Shown one piece after another: positions 13,076 to 25,954 of a stretch of 64,000 bases of DNA; position 1 is the first letter of the stretch, and each line of letters begins with the position of its first letter. The notes beneath the pieces were generated by a model. The model was not told the origin of the DNA and ran no database searches. It saw only the letters and a program-made list of their open reading frames with translations. This stretch comes from Haliotis rufescens (Eukaryota), in contig NW_025963835.1 of assembly GCF_023055435.1 (NCBI RefSeq), positions 29,822,001 through 29,886,000 of the forward strand, written 5' to 3'. Both the position numbers and the translations under genes were made by a program.

Positions 13076-13805
13076 TTGCGGAACTTGTAGCGGACCTCCT
13101 CCTGCATGAGGTGGAAGCACATGGCCTGCATGGCCATCCCGAACAGCAGGTACAGGCAGCACATCACCAGCTTCTCCTGGCTGCCCCACGAGTCGATGCT
13201 GCTCCCCGGGACGTAGTCGCCGAAGCCGATGGTGCTCAGTGTGATGAAGCAGAAGTAGGAGGCGATCAGGAAGTCCCAGTCCTTCTCCCACAATGCAAAC
13301 ATTATAGCGCCACCTATGATGTATCCGGTCATGATGAAGAGTGTTATCGACACTGGGACGCGAACCTCCGTCAGCTTAGTATGAACTGGCTCTTCGTCTA
13401 AGGGAGATAACTCTCCTTCAGTTTCATAGCACGTTATTTCTCGAGATTCCGATTCAACTGGTTGCTTGTTTTCATCTTCGGCTAGGAGTTCTGAATTATG
13501 GTCGGTTTTGACGTTCTCCCCGCAGGCCTCAGCGGTTCCCCCGTTCATCTGACGACTCCATTTCCTGGCTCTCTCGGCAGCTTCTCGTATCTTCGATAAT
13601 CTGCGAGACTTCCGCATCCTTCGTTTGAGGAGTAGCCATCTGCTCATGAGCCCTAAACAAGCATGTTTATAGACAAGCTTGACGCAGGAACTGAGCAAGG
13701 AGCCGATGTTCCGGAGACACAGAAACGTGAGGGGGATGCCGACGATTGCGTAGACGATAGTGACGATCCGACCCCAGCTGGTCTTCGGTGTGATGTGGCC
13801 ATAAC
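13009..13805 (-). CDS. Two-pore-domain (K2P/TWiK, KCNK18-like) potassium channel, exon 2
   Basis: Acceptor ttgacag|gt completes TTIG-YG. M2 ([15 protein letters not shown]), M3, second pore [19 protein letters not shown]4. TGA at 13011-13009. Confidence 0.95.
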
Positions 13806-13976
13806 CTGTCAATAAAGTAATGGGGAGTGTTATAGTAGTTTATACATACAAGCGAGCAGGGGACTTTGAGAAATGTGCCTTCAAAATGTTGTTTTTTTTT
13901 ACCTTGGTCAAATAAATGATATTAAACTTACATTGTAACTTGCAAGCGCCAATAATTGTGAGATTTTGTGAAGAGG

Positions 13977-14014
<38 letters not shown>

Positions 14015-14564
14015 GATGGACATGTATATATGAACATATTTACTGAAAAGAGGAAATACAATGTAAATCACCAATCAAATACTATGTAAATAAACCCTAT
14101 ATTTACTTATATCTCTGAAAAGAGGAAATGTAAATACATCACTAATAAAATACCATGTAAATAAACCCTATATATTACTACAAAAATCGTTGTTATCGTT
14201 ATTAAAAATAGAGGTGCCGTTTTCGCCCGACTCATAGTAGCCGTTTTCGCCAAATGCGGTGCCGTTTTCGCCAGAGAAATCGGTGACGTTTTGCTGAGGT
14301 GCCGTTTTAGCCTGCACCCGTTTTAAGTAGATGAAGCAAGTTGTTAGGACAGAAGCACTTGCATTTACACGAGGAAACGTGTGTCGTTGATGTGATAAAT
14401 TCAGTGAGTAATGTCTCTATTGTCATGTATAAATGGGAATATTATTATTATTTTTGCAATGTCATTAATTATGAATTAAGGAATGAATGAATAAATAACA
14501 TAACAATATAAATATTTCGTTTTTAATGATTTTATTACAAGGTACACACGGTTATTATCTATCG

Positions 14565-14676
14565 TGAAGACATCCGATTTTCGATCACAAATCACTTAAT
14601 TTCGTTAATCCGACATACTCGGTAATCCGACACAATCATGTGAAACCAACGATGTCGGATTAACGAGACTTGACTG
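14565..14676. mobile_element. End of a second TA-flanked MITE family (TIR cagtcaagtc...ttaatccgac); other end-fragment at 49228-49400
   Basis: gtcggattaacgagacttgactg-ta here is close to the reverse complement of ta-cagtcaagtctggttaatccgac at about 49226. Confidence 0.65.
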
Positions 14677-15894
14677 TATGTGTTTATACATTTCGTTGTT
14701 ACACGACAAATCAGACATATTTCAACTATATGACGGCGGCCTGTAAATGATCTAGTCTGGACCAGACAATCCTGTGATTGAGCATCGATCTATGAACCAG
14801 GGTCAGCGAACCTTACCACCCAGACCCGTTAATCGCCTTTTACAAGCTTGGGAAGACCACTTCAAATATTTTTTTTTTTCACTTTTTTTTTATATTTTTC
14901 AAAAAGACTTAATTTCAATAAGCATGAGTTACGACAAGCAAGGGAAGACCACTTCAATTTTTAATTATTTTTTTTAAATTTCAAAAAGAATTAATTTCAA
15001 TAAGCATGAGTTCATATATTTATCTCCTGGGGTGGCACGTTCAACGAATTTCTGTAGAAACATTGTCGTTAGAACTCGTCGTAGGTTTGTAATCCATTTA
15101 TGTTTAGAGACACGTGAAGTGTTGTGAAATTTTATATATACAGTGACTATGATACACCTCGAAGTGTTATTTTTGTTTGGCGTGGACACTGATCTGAATG
15201 AGCAAGACGACGACACTGACATGACACCCATTCCTTAGGAATGGTGGTCTTGGGACATTTTCACGAACACCTGGAGTCATCACTGATTTTCAGTGATCCA
15301 TTCATATAATTTTCACCTTTTTTTGCCTTTCACGCCTAGTGGAATCTGTTTCGTCGATGGATCAAAACTGTTTGTTCTCTAACGTTGGCGTTTTTTATTT
15401 ACCCAGTACTGGCAGACCTAGGACACTGGCACTAGTTAATGAGTAGTTATCATTGTCCGCTACTACTGATCCTAGGACACTGGCACTAGTTATCATGTAA
15501 TTTACACACCATGTCTATTGGAAACGTTTGTTGTTCTCGTTCAAGCAATATGTTCACAAACTAATCGAGTCTGGATTAAATAGTCCAAGGGTGTCATGCT
15601 ATACACCGCCGTCGTGGAACGATGGACCGACCGCAGTCAGCCGGGCCTGACCATCCGATTTGGTATGAAATCAGCATTGTTTCATTTTTTAAATCTCAAT
15701 TATTTTTTCACATACATAAACAGGTGCTCAGTTATTACCTTTAAACAAATATAAATAAAGAATTGTTTGCAAGGCAAGGGCACATTATATTGTTTCCTTC
15801 AATGCAAGGCGTACGCATTTCGTTCTCAGTAAATCAGAGGACGGAAACATCCCGATTTATGGTAAGCCCGTGTACAACCATTCACAGAAAGCTG

Positions 15895-16102
15895 TTTCTT
15901 TGCCTAGCACTCTCTACGACGTGTCTCCGCACCAGGCAGGTGAAATACAGTCTGAGATCTTTAGCTTTCTGTACACGTTCTGACACAGATGAATCAGCAA
16001 ACGTCGGACACTCTGAAACTCTGTGCTCCTCTTCACACCTATAGAACTTTGGTCTCTTCACTTGCTGCTGTGAAAACACACTCCTTTATCTATCCCTATG
16101 GG
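15895..16102 (-). mobile_element. BEL/Pao-type gag zinc-knuckle remnant
   Basis: Translates CEEEHRVSECPTF.DSSVSERVQKAKDLRLYFTCLVRRH, fitting the Pao gag pattern C..C...H....C..F......ER....K...LCF.CL..GH. Second copy at 24525-24720. Confidence 0.65.
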
Positions 16103-16324
16103 TTTGAGAGTTTGATGTCATACCAGTATTGCCTTTTACATGTTCCCCAAATCTAATCTAACTTAAAGGTCACTTCAACCCCCTAGGATCCGTAGCCATA
16201 AATTTCCACTGCTCTTTGAGGTGTGAAGACAGCCGTGCTACAAACATGTTGTCCGGTTCATAACTCTATACACAATCGCAATCGATATTCTTTGATGTAT
16301 ATGCTACAGTCAATGTATAAACAA

Positions 16325-16790
16325 GGGCCGTCATTCGTGATTGGGGTTTAAATAATCTCCGTTGTGCACCATTGGGAATCAAACAAGCTCAATCGTTCAC
16401 CATTGGGATTCAAACAAGCTCAGTACTTCTCATTTGGGATTCAAATCAGCTCCGTCGTTCACGATTGGGATTCAGACAAGCTCCGTCACTCACAACTGGG
16501 ATTAAAACAAGCTGAGTACTTCACGATTAGGATTCAAACAAGCTCAGTACTTCACGATTAGGATTCAAACAAGCTCGATACTTCACGATAAGGATTCAAT
16601 TAAGCTCGGTACTTCACGATTAGGATTCAAACAAGCTCGGTACTTCATAATTCAGATTCAAACAAGCTCGGTACTTCACGATTAGGATTCAAACAAGGTC
16701 GGTAACCCACCATTGGTATTCAAACAAGCTCCGTCGTTCGCCATTGGGTTTCCAAGATCCCTCGTTCACGATTGGGATTCAAACAAGGGG
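16325..16790. repeat. 31-bp minisatellite (gattaggattcaaacaagctcggtacttcac)
   Basis: Direct. Confidence 0.9.
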
Positions 16791-17324
16791 ATACAGTCTA
16801 TATCCATCAACGCTTTTGAACATGAATATGTCTGTCATGTGGCGGTTGAACTGTGATTTCTCCCGAGGAAAGGGTATTCATGAATAACCAGAGATCGCAC
16901 AAACAGTAATAGACCCTGGAACCTTACTTCTGTGGGAGTTTTAGTGGGGCCGCCATTTTCTCATTGTCGATCTGGAATAACGTATACGTATTTGGAGGTG
17001 AGTGATTAAGGAGAACATTGCCATATCTTTTTTTATTGTTTTGTCACATTGGTAAGGTATAACAGAAATAACCTTAAAATCTGCGCTAATGTGCCAATCT
17101 TCATGGAGAAACAATGAAACGTTTATGCGTTAGGCACCGGAAACAACCTAACACTCATTCCAACTTGCTGCCAAACGAACGGACAAAGGAGTGCGTCTGC
17201 ACGTCCGTCAAGCAGCGTGTTGATGGGGAATGAAACATAAAGCATGACAGACAATCATATTGGTAAACTTCGTAATAGAGATATAATCAGGGCGAATCTT
17301 GCATTTCAACCAACGAACATATAT

Positions 17325-17584
17325 GTTTGTTTGTTTGTTGTTTAATGCCACAAACAGCAATATTCCAGCTATATGACGTAGGTCTGTAAATAAGCGAGTC
17401 TGGACCAGACAATCCAGTGATTGATATCATGAGCATCGATCCACGCAATTGGGATCGATGACATACATCAACAAAGTCAGCGAGCCTGACCACCCTATCC
17501 CGTTTACGCTTTTTACGACAAGCCTAGTCGATTTTTACGGCAAGCATTTGTTGCTGAAGACCTATTCTACCCCGGATCTTCACG
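17325..17584 (-). mobile_element. SINE-like family 2 (non-tRNA head shared with the LINE 5' end; (CAAA)n tail)
   Basis: Homologous to 35433-35640 (+) and 35756-36002 (-), with partial copies at about 14695-14850, 30752-30960, 31833-31945 and 42278-42341. Confidence 0.85.
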
Positions 17585-17689
17585 AACTTACATGTAACTG
17601 AATGGAGTTTTAACACCTGATACAACGCAAACAATACCAGAGCGTTGGCTATTACAGTCATATCAAACTGCCATTACTATAATGGCTAA

Positions 17690-17880
17690 CTTGAAGATAG
17701 CATTCCTGAGTTGCAAGCAGGTTTCCGATCTTGCTTTCCACAACGCACCATATTTTACATTCTATCAAGAGCTTGTTTGATAAAGACCTAAAGAAAACTA
17801 TTTTACACCACTTTCGTAGATTTTAAGAAAATATTTGATTATGTTGAAAGAGATGCAATGCAACGTTTGTATAAATGTTT
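17690..17880 (+). mobile_element. Degenerate LINE reverse-transcriptase fragment
   Basis: Frameshifted QAGFR...HIF...FVDFKK.FD.V.R motifs. Confidence 0.6.
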
Positions 17881-18258
17881 TCTGGTAAATTATATTCAGG
17901 ACTGACAGTTAACCTCGAAAAAAACTAACGTTGTTTTAGAAAAGGTGGTATTTCATCTTCCAAGGAAAAACGGATGTACAAGGTAGCACACAGTCCACAG
18001 TTAACAATTATTAAGTTTTCAGGCGTCATTTTTTTCTGGCACTTTTCAAATTGCAAAATGCATCAATGAAATATCGGGGGGCCCAGTGGAAAAAAACTAA
18101 TATAAATTTCAACAATATTGGAATATTTGACCCAACATGTATGTTAGGATATAGGATTCACAGGTTTAACCCACCTTCTTACATGGCTCAAAATAGGGAA
18201 TTGCATCGGGTGTCATTTTTATCACAGGTGTATCAAATCTTGAAATCTTGTACACATG

Positions 18259-18660
18259 TCTACCATGAAACAGTGTTTGAACCTCTACCACGAAACAGTG
18301 TTTGAACCTCTACCACGAAACAGTGTTTGAACCTCTACCATGAAACAGTGTTTGAACCTCTACCACGAAACAGTGTTTGAACCTCTACCACGAAACAGTG
18401 TTTGAACCTCTACCACGAAACAGTGTTTGAACCTCTACCACGAAACAGTGTTTGAACCTCTACCATGAAACAGTGTTTGAACCTCTACCACGAAACAGTG
18501 TTTGAACCTCTACCATGAAACAGTGTTTGAACCTCTACCACGAAACAGTGTTTGAACCTCTACCACGAAACAGTGTTTGAACCTCTACCACGAAACAGTG
18601 TTTGAACCTCTACCATGAAACAGTGTTTGAACCTCTACCACGAAACAGTGTTTGAACCTC
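18259..18660. repeat. 25-bp minisatellite (taccacgaaacagtgtttgaacctc), about 16 near-identical units
   Basis: Direct. Confidence 0.95.
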
Positions 18661-19147
18661 AAATATATTCTAGCCTTGTCACTGAAATACATGCGCGTTT
18701 TATTTTAATGAAATTAAGATGGATATTATAACTCAACAAAAGATAAGGGGATGGCAATCAGATGAATCAGTTTTACGTATTTGCCCTGTTTGCGATGAAG
18801 ATTGAAGATGAGTATAATTGTGTACATATTTGTAAATATTATAAAATAAACTGTGGACAGGTTATCATCCAGAATGTCCTACTGCAAATAAATTTATAAG
18901 TTTTCTGTGAACGTCTCAGGATGAAACAAACGCCAGCAATATTGTATATACCATGCATTTTTAAAAAGATCCGAAATTTAAATTCCATGAAATATGTGTC
19001 ACGTAATATAGTCTTTTGCATTGAAAGACCTATAGGAAACTGTTGTGCGACGTCAGGCAACAAACACATTGTATATGTTTTATGCAAACTGTTAATGCGG
19101 GTGCTACTGGTAGGGCAGACAATGCTTACCCTTTTCTCGAACACCTG

Positions 19148-19251
19148 GCCCCGTTCCACAAAGCCATCTTACTGTTAAGGTGATCGTAACTCCCATACTT
19201 TAGCACTGGCTTACGATAGTCGTAGCTAAGATCGCTCCGTGGAGCGGTGCC
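19148..19251. mobile_element. PIF/Harbinger-type MITE (CTG TSD) inside a Penelope-like 3' remnant
   Basis: Same family as 56646-56752; ctg on both flanks. Confidence 0.7.
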
Positions 19252-19850
19252 CTGGTGTTATCCCTCAGTTTTAGTCGTTCACTCATTCAAATTTCACCGC
19301 TGTGCCTGTAATGGCCAATAGAAGTTGTTTCGGTGGATAGTCTTGACTGGTTATTCTCTGGCGTTGACGGTTTATGTACAGTGTATTTGGGTTAATATCC
19401 CAATTACAAATCAACGACGTTGACTTTGACTCATTGTAATGCACATTGTTTCCAAGAATTAAACTGATGATATCAATCACGGTTTTGTCTGGTCAAGACC
19501 CGATTGTTATATTTACAACCACCTTCATATTGCTGTAGTCTTGCAGAGTGCTACTTTAAACGCTACACGAAACAAAAATATCCTTTTATCATCCAAAACT
19601 GGCTCCCACAGGAGATATCGCTTGTGTGAGATCAAGCGATATCTACACTGTAGTTATCGCTGCAATGAAATTGCATCACAATGCTTTGCAGACCATTGTG
19701 ACATCACTGGTTACCATGACGTCACAATCAAATGACATCACTAATGGCTCTGCTACTGAAGCTGTTAGCAGTACTTTTTACACTGAAGACACTGCTAATT
19801 ACTGTCTACAAATCGAAAAAGTTGAAAGAATGATGTTGGATGATAAATAA

Positions 19851-19994
19851 AATCTCACCCTCGTGTCTTTTGACATCAAATATATCAACACTCGTTGATA
19901 AAAGTGGCAAACATCCTCGGCAAGCCTCGGAATTTTTCCACTTTTATCAACTCGTGTTGATATATTTGATATCAAAAGACACTCGGGTGAGATT
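19851..19994. mobile_element. Foldback/MITE-like near-perfect inverted repeat (about 65-bp arms)
   Basis: aatctcaccctcgtgtcttttgacatcaaatatatcaacac... / ...gtgttgatatatttgatatcaaaagacactcgggtgagatt. Confidence 0.75.
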
Positions 19995-20329
19995 CTCTAT
20001 CTCTCTACTTGTTTTGAGAAGGTTTTGCTGCTTTCTACAAAGTTAAAACAGCGTGTCTTTATGTAGTATTTTGACTTGTTTTTTCAGTTTTCACTTTATT
20101 CAGAACTTGTAGGCCACGGTCCTGTTTGTACAAACGAAATACAATTCAGGTGCAAACAGTATAAAATACAACACATTTCATTTTTGTTTTTTAACAATAG
20201 CAGTTTTAAGATAATGCATATTATCATAGTTGGAGTATTTGTGTTCTTACAGCAAGAGTATTAAACAGGTACTTTGCTGTATTCATATTGGTAAAGGGTC
20301 TTGCGATGACAGGAGTGTATTAACACTTC

Positions 20330-20600
20330 AGAATATTTGGAAAGATGTCACATTTAGATGTTATGTAATTTTGCCTAAGATGGCTATAAGGTGGACAATT
20401 AACAAAAGGAGATTTTCATTTTCTATATGGTTTAAGTAACAAGCTTCACATTTTCTTAATTCACGAGGAATATAAAAATGTTCAATTTCCAGATTGTGAG
20501 AACTAAGCCGAAAACGAGTCAATGTGGTCTTGAATTTATTTACAGTAATACTACTCAAATAGTTCGCACATGAAATGGATGTTTTAAACTGTGCACGCTA
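20330..20600 (-). mobile_element. LINE ORF2 C-terminal remnant (RTE-X/CR1-like)
   Basis: LTRFRLSSHNLEIE...PRELRKC..C...IENE motif. Confidence 0.65.
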
Positions 20601-20674
20601 AGCCGTTTAGGGGCTTTTGGGTGATTCAATATGTCAAACTTGTTTAAACTTGTTTATTTATAGACTCCACTCAC

Positions 20675-21101
20675 CGATAGTTGTGACGACGGTGATGGCA
20701 TACAACAACGCACCGGGAAACGACCACTGTAATTCATCTTCCGGTTCCTGACCATCCCAGCCACTGAAGGCTGTCAACTCGAAAACTTCCATCTGAAATT
20801 TCTCCACCAACTTGGTCGCGTTCTGCTGCCACATGGCATAACTCTCCGTGGTGTTCTTCAACGCCTGTGACAGCTCAACCAACTTCTTGGTGTACGTGAC
20901 TCTGGCCTTCTCAACTCGATCCCTTTGGATCCGTTCGCTTGGCGCCTCCAGACCCTTGAAAATGACACCACCTAGCATGCTGTAGGCGACCACAGCCGAC
21001 GTAAGTCCAACATGTGAGAAAAGGAACATGACGAAACGTTTAATTCCGGTGAGGATGGCATGACGTACCCGTTTAGCGCGTGACACAGTTGGTGTTTCCA
21101 T
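20675..21101 (-). CDS. K2P/TWiK potassium channel, exon 1
   Basis: METPTV..., M1 (FSHVGLTSAVVAYSMLGGVIFKGLE), cap helices, first pore WSFPGALLYAITVVTTIG. Phase-1 donor ATCG|gtgagt. Joined CDS is 1224 nt = 407 aa. The true start could lie further upstream. Confidence 0.93.
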
Positions 21102-22118
21102 TTTGGATGGAAAGCTGTAGAAATGGTGATTTTTCACCTGGTATATAGCACTGGTTTATCACTGTCTCTCCGCCCAATGGAATCTGGTTATTCACTGGCG
21201 TTGGTGTTTTGTATTATTTTTCAAAGTGCTGTGCAATTATGTTTGTATTTCGTGTTGTATTCTTACTGGAATTAAACAAGTAACATCATTTGGATGCGTG
21301 CCTGACAACCGATGGCTATTAACAATCCCTCTCTTATGTCTGGCGATCCGCTATATATCCGGTTGAATCAGTTATTCTTGGTTCGGATTGCAGGGTAGTG
21401 TATCAACAGACTTGACCCAGTCTGGCTCTTTGATTGCACCGCTCAACTTCCGTGACAATCACTCACTGCACTCAGAATCAGCAAACTTCATGAAACGTAT
21501 ACTTCTTTTGTAAATGAAACAGACTGTAATTCGCCATGAAAAGCCGCAGTCCTCTCTGTGTACACAACAGTAGCATAATAACACATCCTATCGCCACAAA
21601 CTTAGTCAAAAATATTTGTTTATACCTCGGAACATCTGTTCAAGGTTTCCAGGTGCAAAGTCGCTATCATTAAATATTTTTATACATTAACTTACGCTCC
21701 TCCGTCGAGTCTTCATCTTCTGATACTTTCTATAATAACATCGCCCCCTACCAGCACGTCTTCAGATAAACCAGGTATTCGTTGCTCTACAGACGACTGG
21801 TGGAATTTAATGGGAAAGGCAATTAAAGCCTAGCGTATTGAGTACTGTATCTGGAACATAAAGCAGGGGTTTTCTTTCCCCGATATTCGGTGGTTGTAAT
21901 CAGTGGCCTTAGTGTCTCCTGTCTTAATAGAAATACCAGAAGTGATGTACAGTGCCAGCCGAGAGAACACCTGACCACATCCCGCGATCAAACGCGAGAT
22001 TACATAGCCTGTGCCATGCGCGTAGTTGTTGCGTAAAAAACCATGGGAGCCGCGTGCCACCCTGGTTCTGCCAGACAGATTGCCTCCTGCTCTACCTGAA
22101 ACGTAGTATTTGCTGTTT

Positions 22119-22247
22119 TGTGTGCGAGTGTGTGTGTGCGAGTGTGTGTGTGTGCGAGTGTGTGTGTGCGAGTGTGTGTGTGCGAGTGTGTGTGTGCGAG
22201 TATGTGCGAGTGTGTGTGTGTGCGAGTCTGTGTGCGTGTGTGTGCGT

Positions 22248-22306
<59 letters not shown>

Positions 22307-22332
22307 TGTGTGTGGGCGCGCGCGCATGTGTG
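22119..22332. repeat. Compound (GT)n/(GTGC)n microsatellite
   Basis: Direct. Confidence 0.95.
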
Positions 22333-22619
22333 TAATAAGTGAGTGGGGGGGCTTGGTTTAACCCCTATGTGGAGAGTATTACATTTACTCGAAGTGATGC
22401 AGGTCTATGTTATTTTGATTAAACCAACAAGCACGGATGGGTGCTGACAAACCTCGAAAAATAATGTGCGCGAACTGGAATTGGAACCCACGATCAGAGG
22501 TTCCTGGCATGCCCAAGGTAGACAGGGCTCTAACAGAAGTAGCTCGCATATAACTATTGTATATGGTCTTATTAGGTTACGTATAACCTGTTGTAATGTT
22601 GTATACTCAATATAAGATG

Positions 22620-23800
22620 ACGTCATTGACATATTATTTGCACACTTTGACAACGTCGTGATAAATAATATTGTTTGTTCACTAAGGTGTTTGTACATAA
22701 TGTTGTTGCTCACACTGACAAGGTGATTGCACACAATGTTGTTTGTTCACAGAGTCTGGGTGATTTGTACATAATGCTGTTAGCTCACCTAGACAAGTCA
22801 TTGCATATAAGGGGGGCACGGGTGTCCCAGTCGTTTAAGGCGTCGCGAGTCGCTGTGCAGAGTTTCCTCCCTTATACACACAAGAAACTTAAAAATGATA
22901 GTGGTAGCTCACCTAGACAACGGCATTGGATATAATATTGTAGGCTCACCTAGACGTCATTGAACATAATGTTGTAAGCTCACCTATACCACATTGTAAA
23001 CTCACCTAGACAATGTCATTAGATATAATGTTGTAGGCTCACCAAACGTCATTGAACATATTGTTGTAAGCTCACCTATACCACGTTGTAAGCTCACCTT
23101 GACAATGTCACTAGATATAATGTTGTAAGCTCACCTAGACACGGGCATTGGATATAATATTGTAGGCTCACCTAGACGTCATTGGACATAATGTTGTAAG
23201 CTCACCTATACCACGTTGTAAGCTCACCTAGACACCGGCATTGGATATAATATTAGTAGCTCACTTAGACACCGGCATTGGATATAATGTTAGTAGCTCA
23301 CCTAGACACCGGCATTGGATATAATGTTAGTAGCTCACTTAGACACCGGAATTGGATATAATGTTAGTAGCTCACTTAGACACCGGCATTGGATATAATG
23401 TTAGTAGCTCACCTAGACACCGGCATTGGATATAATGTTAGTAGCTCACCTGTACATCGTCATTGTGCATAATATTGTTAGTACACTTACACAACGTCAT
23501 TGCATACTATGTTGTTAGCTCACCAAGGCAACATCATTGTATATAAAATTGTTAACTCACTAATATAACATCCTTGAATATACTATTCTTAGCTCACCTA
23601 GACAACGTAATTGAATACAAATTCGTTAGTTCACTAAGGCAACGTCACTGAAAATATATCTGCTTGATGTTGTTAGTTCGCTAGTACAACGTCAATGAAA
23701 CGAGTATTGCAGCTCACTCAATAACACTATGGAACTATGAAATTTGTTGTAAGCTCACCTAAATAAAGCCATTTTATGTTGTTATCTCACCTGGATAATT
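22620..23800. repeat. About 37-bp minisatellite (gctcacctagacaccggcattggatataatgttagta) with degenerate edges
   Basis: Direct. Interrupted by a SINE-4 head fragment at about 22812-22890. Confidence 0.85.
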
Positions 23801-24262
23801 TGTATGTAATACTAATGTTATATGTAGAGATATGATATGTGCTTTAACCTCACTATTAATAACTGGTTCAAAATAACGTTGCATTGTTTTCCTTGTTTGA
23901 GAAACGTCCTTTAGGAACGTGATATATCAGCTGATGATTACTTGAGCAACCAATCATATATGACTGCGGTCTGAAAACAATCCAGTGATTGCCATCGCGA
24001 GCATCGGACTACACAGTTAGGATACGATGACCAGGAAGTCATTGAGTTCGACCACTCGATCCATTAAGTCTTAAGACAAGTTTAAGTTTCTGGGGACCAA
24101 TTAAATTTACCCGGAATTCCTTACAGAGAGAGTACAGATTGACAGCTGATGTGGCTTTACTTAATTATTTTGTTGACAGCATTGAATTAAGGAATTACGC
24201 TTTCGCGTTGTCAATGTACATGTACCTGTATAACAGTATTTACCGTTTGAGTTTGGGTGATC

Positions 24263-24264
<2 letters not shown>

Positions 24265-24296
<32 letters not shown>

Positions 24297-24524
24297 CTGC
24301 CTGGACTAGTACTGACATACCATGCCTCAGTTTAACATAAATACGACACTCAGACACAGTGTACTGACTCCGAGCAGACCAGACCTTGTTTAATACCGAG
24401 CGCCAGGCAGGGTAACAACAAGTACCATCTTTCAAAGTCTTTTGTATGATGCAGCCGGGGATCGAACCCTGGACCTTCCGCTCTCCGGGCGGACGCTTTA
24501 CCACTAGACCACGGAGGCGGCCCC
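24265..24524 (-). mobile_element. tRNA-derived SINE family 3 (Meta-domain-like body); second partial copy at 24728-24920
   Basis: Head gccgcctccgtggtctagtggtaaagcgtccgccc...gggttcgatcccc, body aagatggtacttgttgttaccctg. Homologous to 55012-55365; degenerate copies at about 33570-33830 and 61015-61280. Confidence 0.85.
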
Positions 24525-24720
24525 CTAGGGATAGATAAAGGAGTGTGGTTTGACTTCATCAAGAGAAGACAGCAAGTGGTATGTGTGGGAAGAGGAGCCC
24601 AGTGTATCAGAGTGTCCGACATTTGTTGATTCATTTGTATCAGAACGTGTGCAGAGAGTTAAAGATCTCAGACAGTGTCTCACCTGTCTCGTGCGAAGAC
24701 AGAAGAGAGTGCAAGTCAAA
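24525..24720 (+). mobile_element. BEL/Pao-type gag remnant, copy 2
   Basis: EEEPSVSECPTFVDSFVSERVQRVKDLRQCLTCLVRR; inverted homolog of 15895-16102. Confidence 0.65.
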
Positions 24721-25954
24721 GAAACAACATGAACACCCCACTCAGACATAGTACACTTACTCCAGGCAGACCAGTCCTTGTTCTAGCCCCTTAATGCCAA
24801 GCGCTATGCAGGGTAACAACAAATACCATCTTTCAACGTTTTTTGGTTTGACGCGGCGATTGAACCCCGTACATTCCGCTCTGATGGCGGACACTCAACC
24901 ACTAGATTACGGAGGTGGTCTCATAGTGGACAGCGTCAGTATATAGCATTCTCACTTAGAGTTAGCAAGCCAGTGTATACCATTATTTGATTTCGTAGGA
25001 ACAGATGGTGTATTACATCACTAGTTCTCTTTACTCCGATACCATACCTCCTCGTGAACTTACTTACTTACTTTGGAGATTTAACGTGCGCTTTCCGACT
25101 GATGCGTATTTCGCACACGTGAAGACATGGCAACCTTTATATAGGAACTTTAAAATCGAACAATCAGTGTTGATGCTTCTAAATTCCTGGCATGAGTGAG
25201 CAACTTATCTAATTTCTGTACCACGAAAACGAAAGGAAACAGCCAGTTCCGTGTGTGAATAATAAAGGTCGGGCCGTTCTGTTGTTGATATTTTATACAC
25301 CCTGGACTTTTCTGAGCGCCATCGAATCTCCAACAATGAACCCGGTCATTTGACATCTTCAAGCGCATGGAGGTATCATATCGGAGTGAAATATCTTATG
25401 TTAATGAACTTATTAACACTCCATAGCACAAGGCAAGTGCACTCGTAAAATAGACCAATTACAACGTATTTATGTATAATGTGACTTATTCATATCAGTT
25501 GATAGTTTATGTTGAGACTTAAATATCTGTGTATAGCTTTTCTAACCAATATTTGACAAGGTCGATGTATGACTTACCTCGGATCACTTTGGCAGGGTCA
25601 GGATTTTGCATTGAGAACTCATGGTGGCAACGTCTGCCTAAGACACTGTTAGCTCTCTTTCGAAACATCAATGTATTTCATTGTGTACAGTGTACAGAAT
25701 ATTTAGCTCATCTTGGACACGCAGTGCTTAAATATAATATGCGCTCCTTAGACACGGCGACACATAACACTGCTAGCTCACCTTAAAACGGCAATACATT
25801 GTAGTGGTAGAAACTAACACTTTTAGTCCACTAGTCCTTATAATGATAACATGATAAAACCCTTAAAATGGCAAATGTTTTGGGCAGTTTGGCAAGGACT
25901 ATAGGACTAGTGCCAATTTCTAAAGCTGCATTGCAGTGTCAGCCCCCCCCCCCT

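Noticed and set aside
12103-13090. + strand Ser/His/Pro-rich ORFs
   Set aside because: Antisense readings of the K2P tail array and (CACT)n.
18259-18660. CRISPR-like regular repeats (also 25955-27065)
   Set aside because: Head-to-tail units without unique spacers, no cas genes, eukaryotic context.
21696-21716. Extra K2P N-terminal micro-exon (MKTRRRS|gtaagt) joining an AG at 21138
   Set aside because: Phase is compatible, but the acceptor lacks a pyrimidine tract and short matches arise by chance. Not supportable without transcripts.
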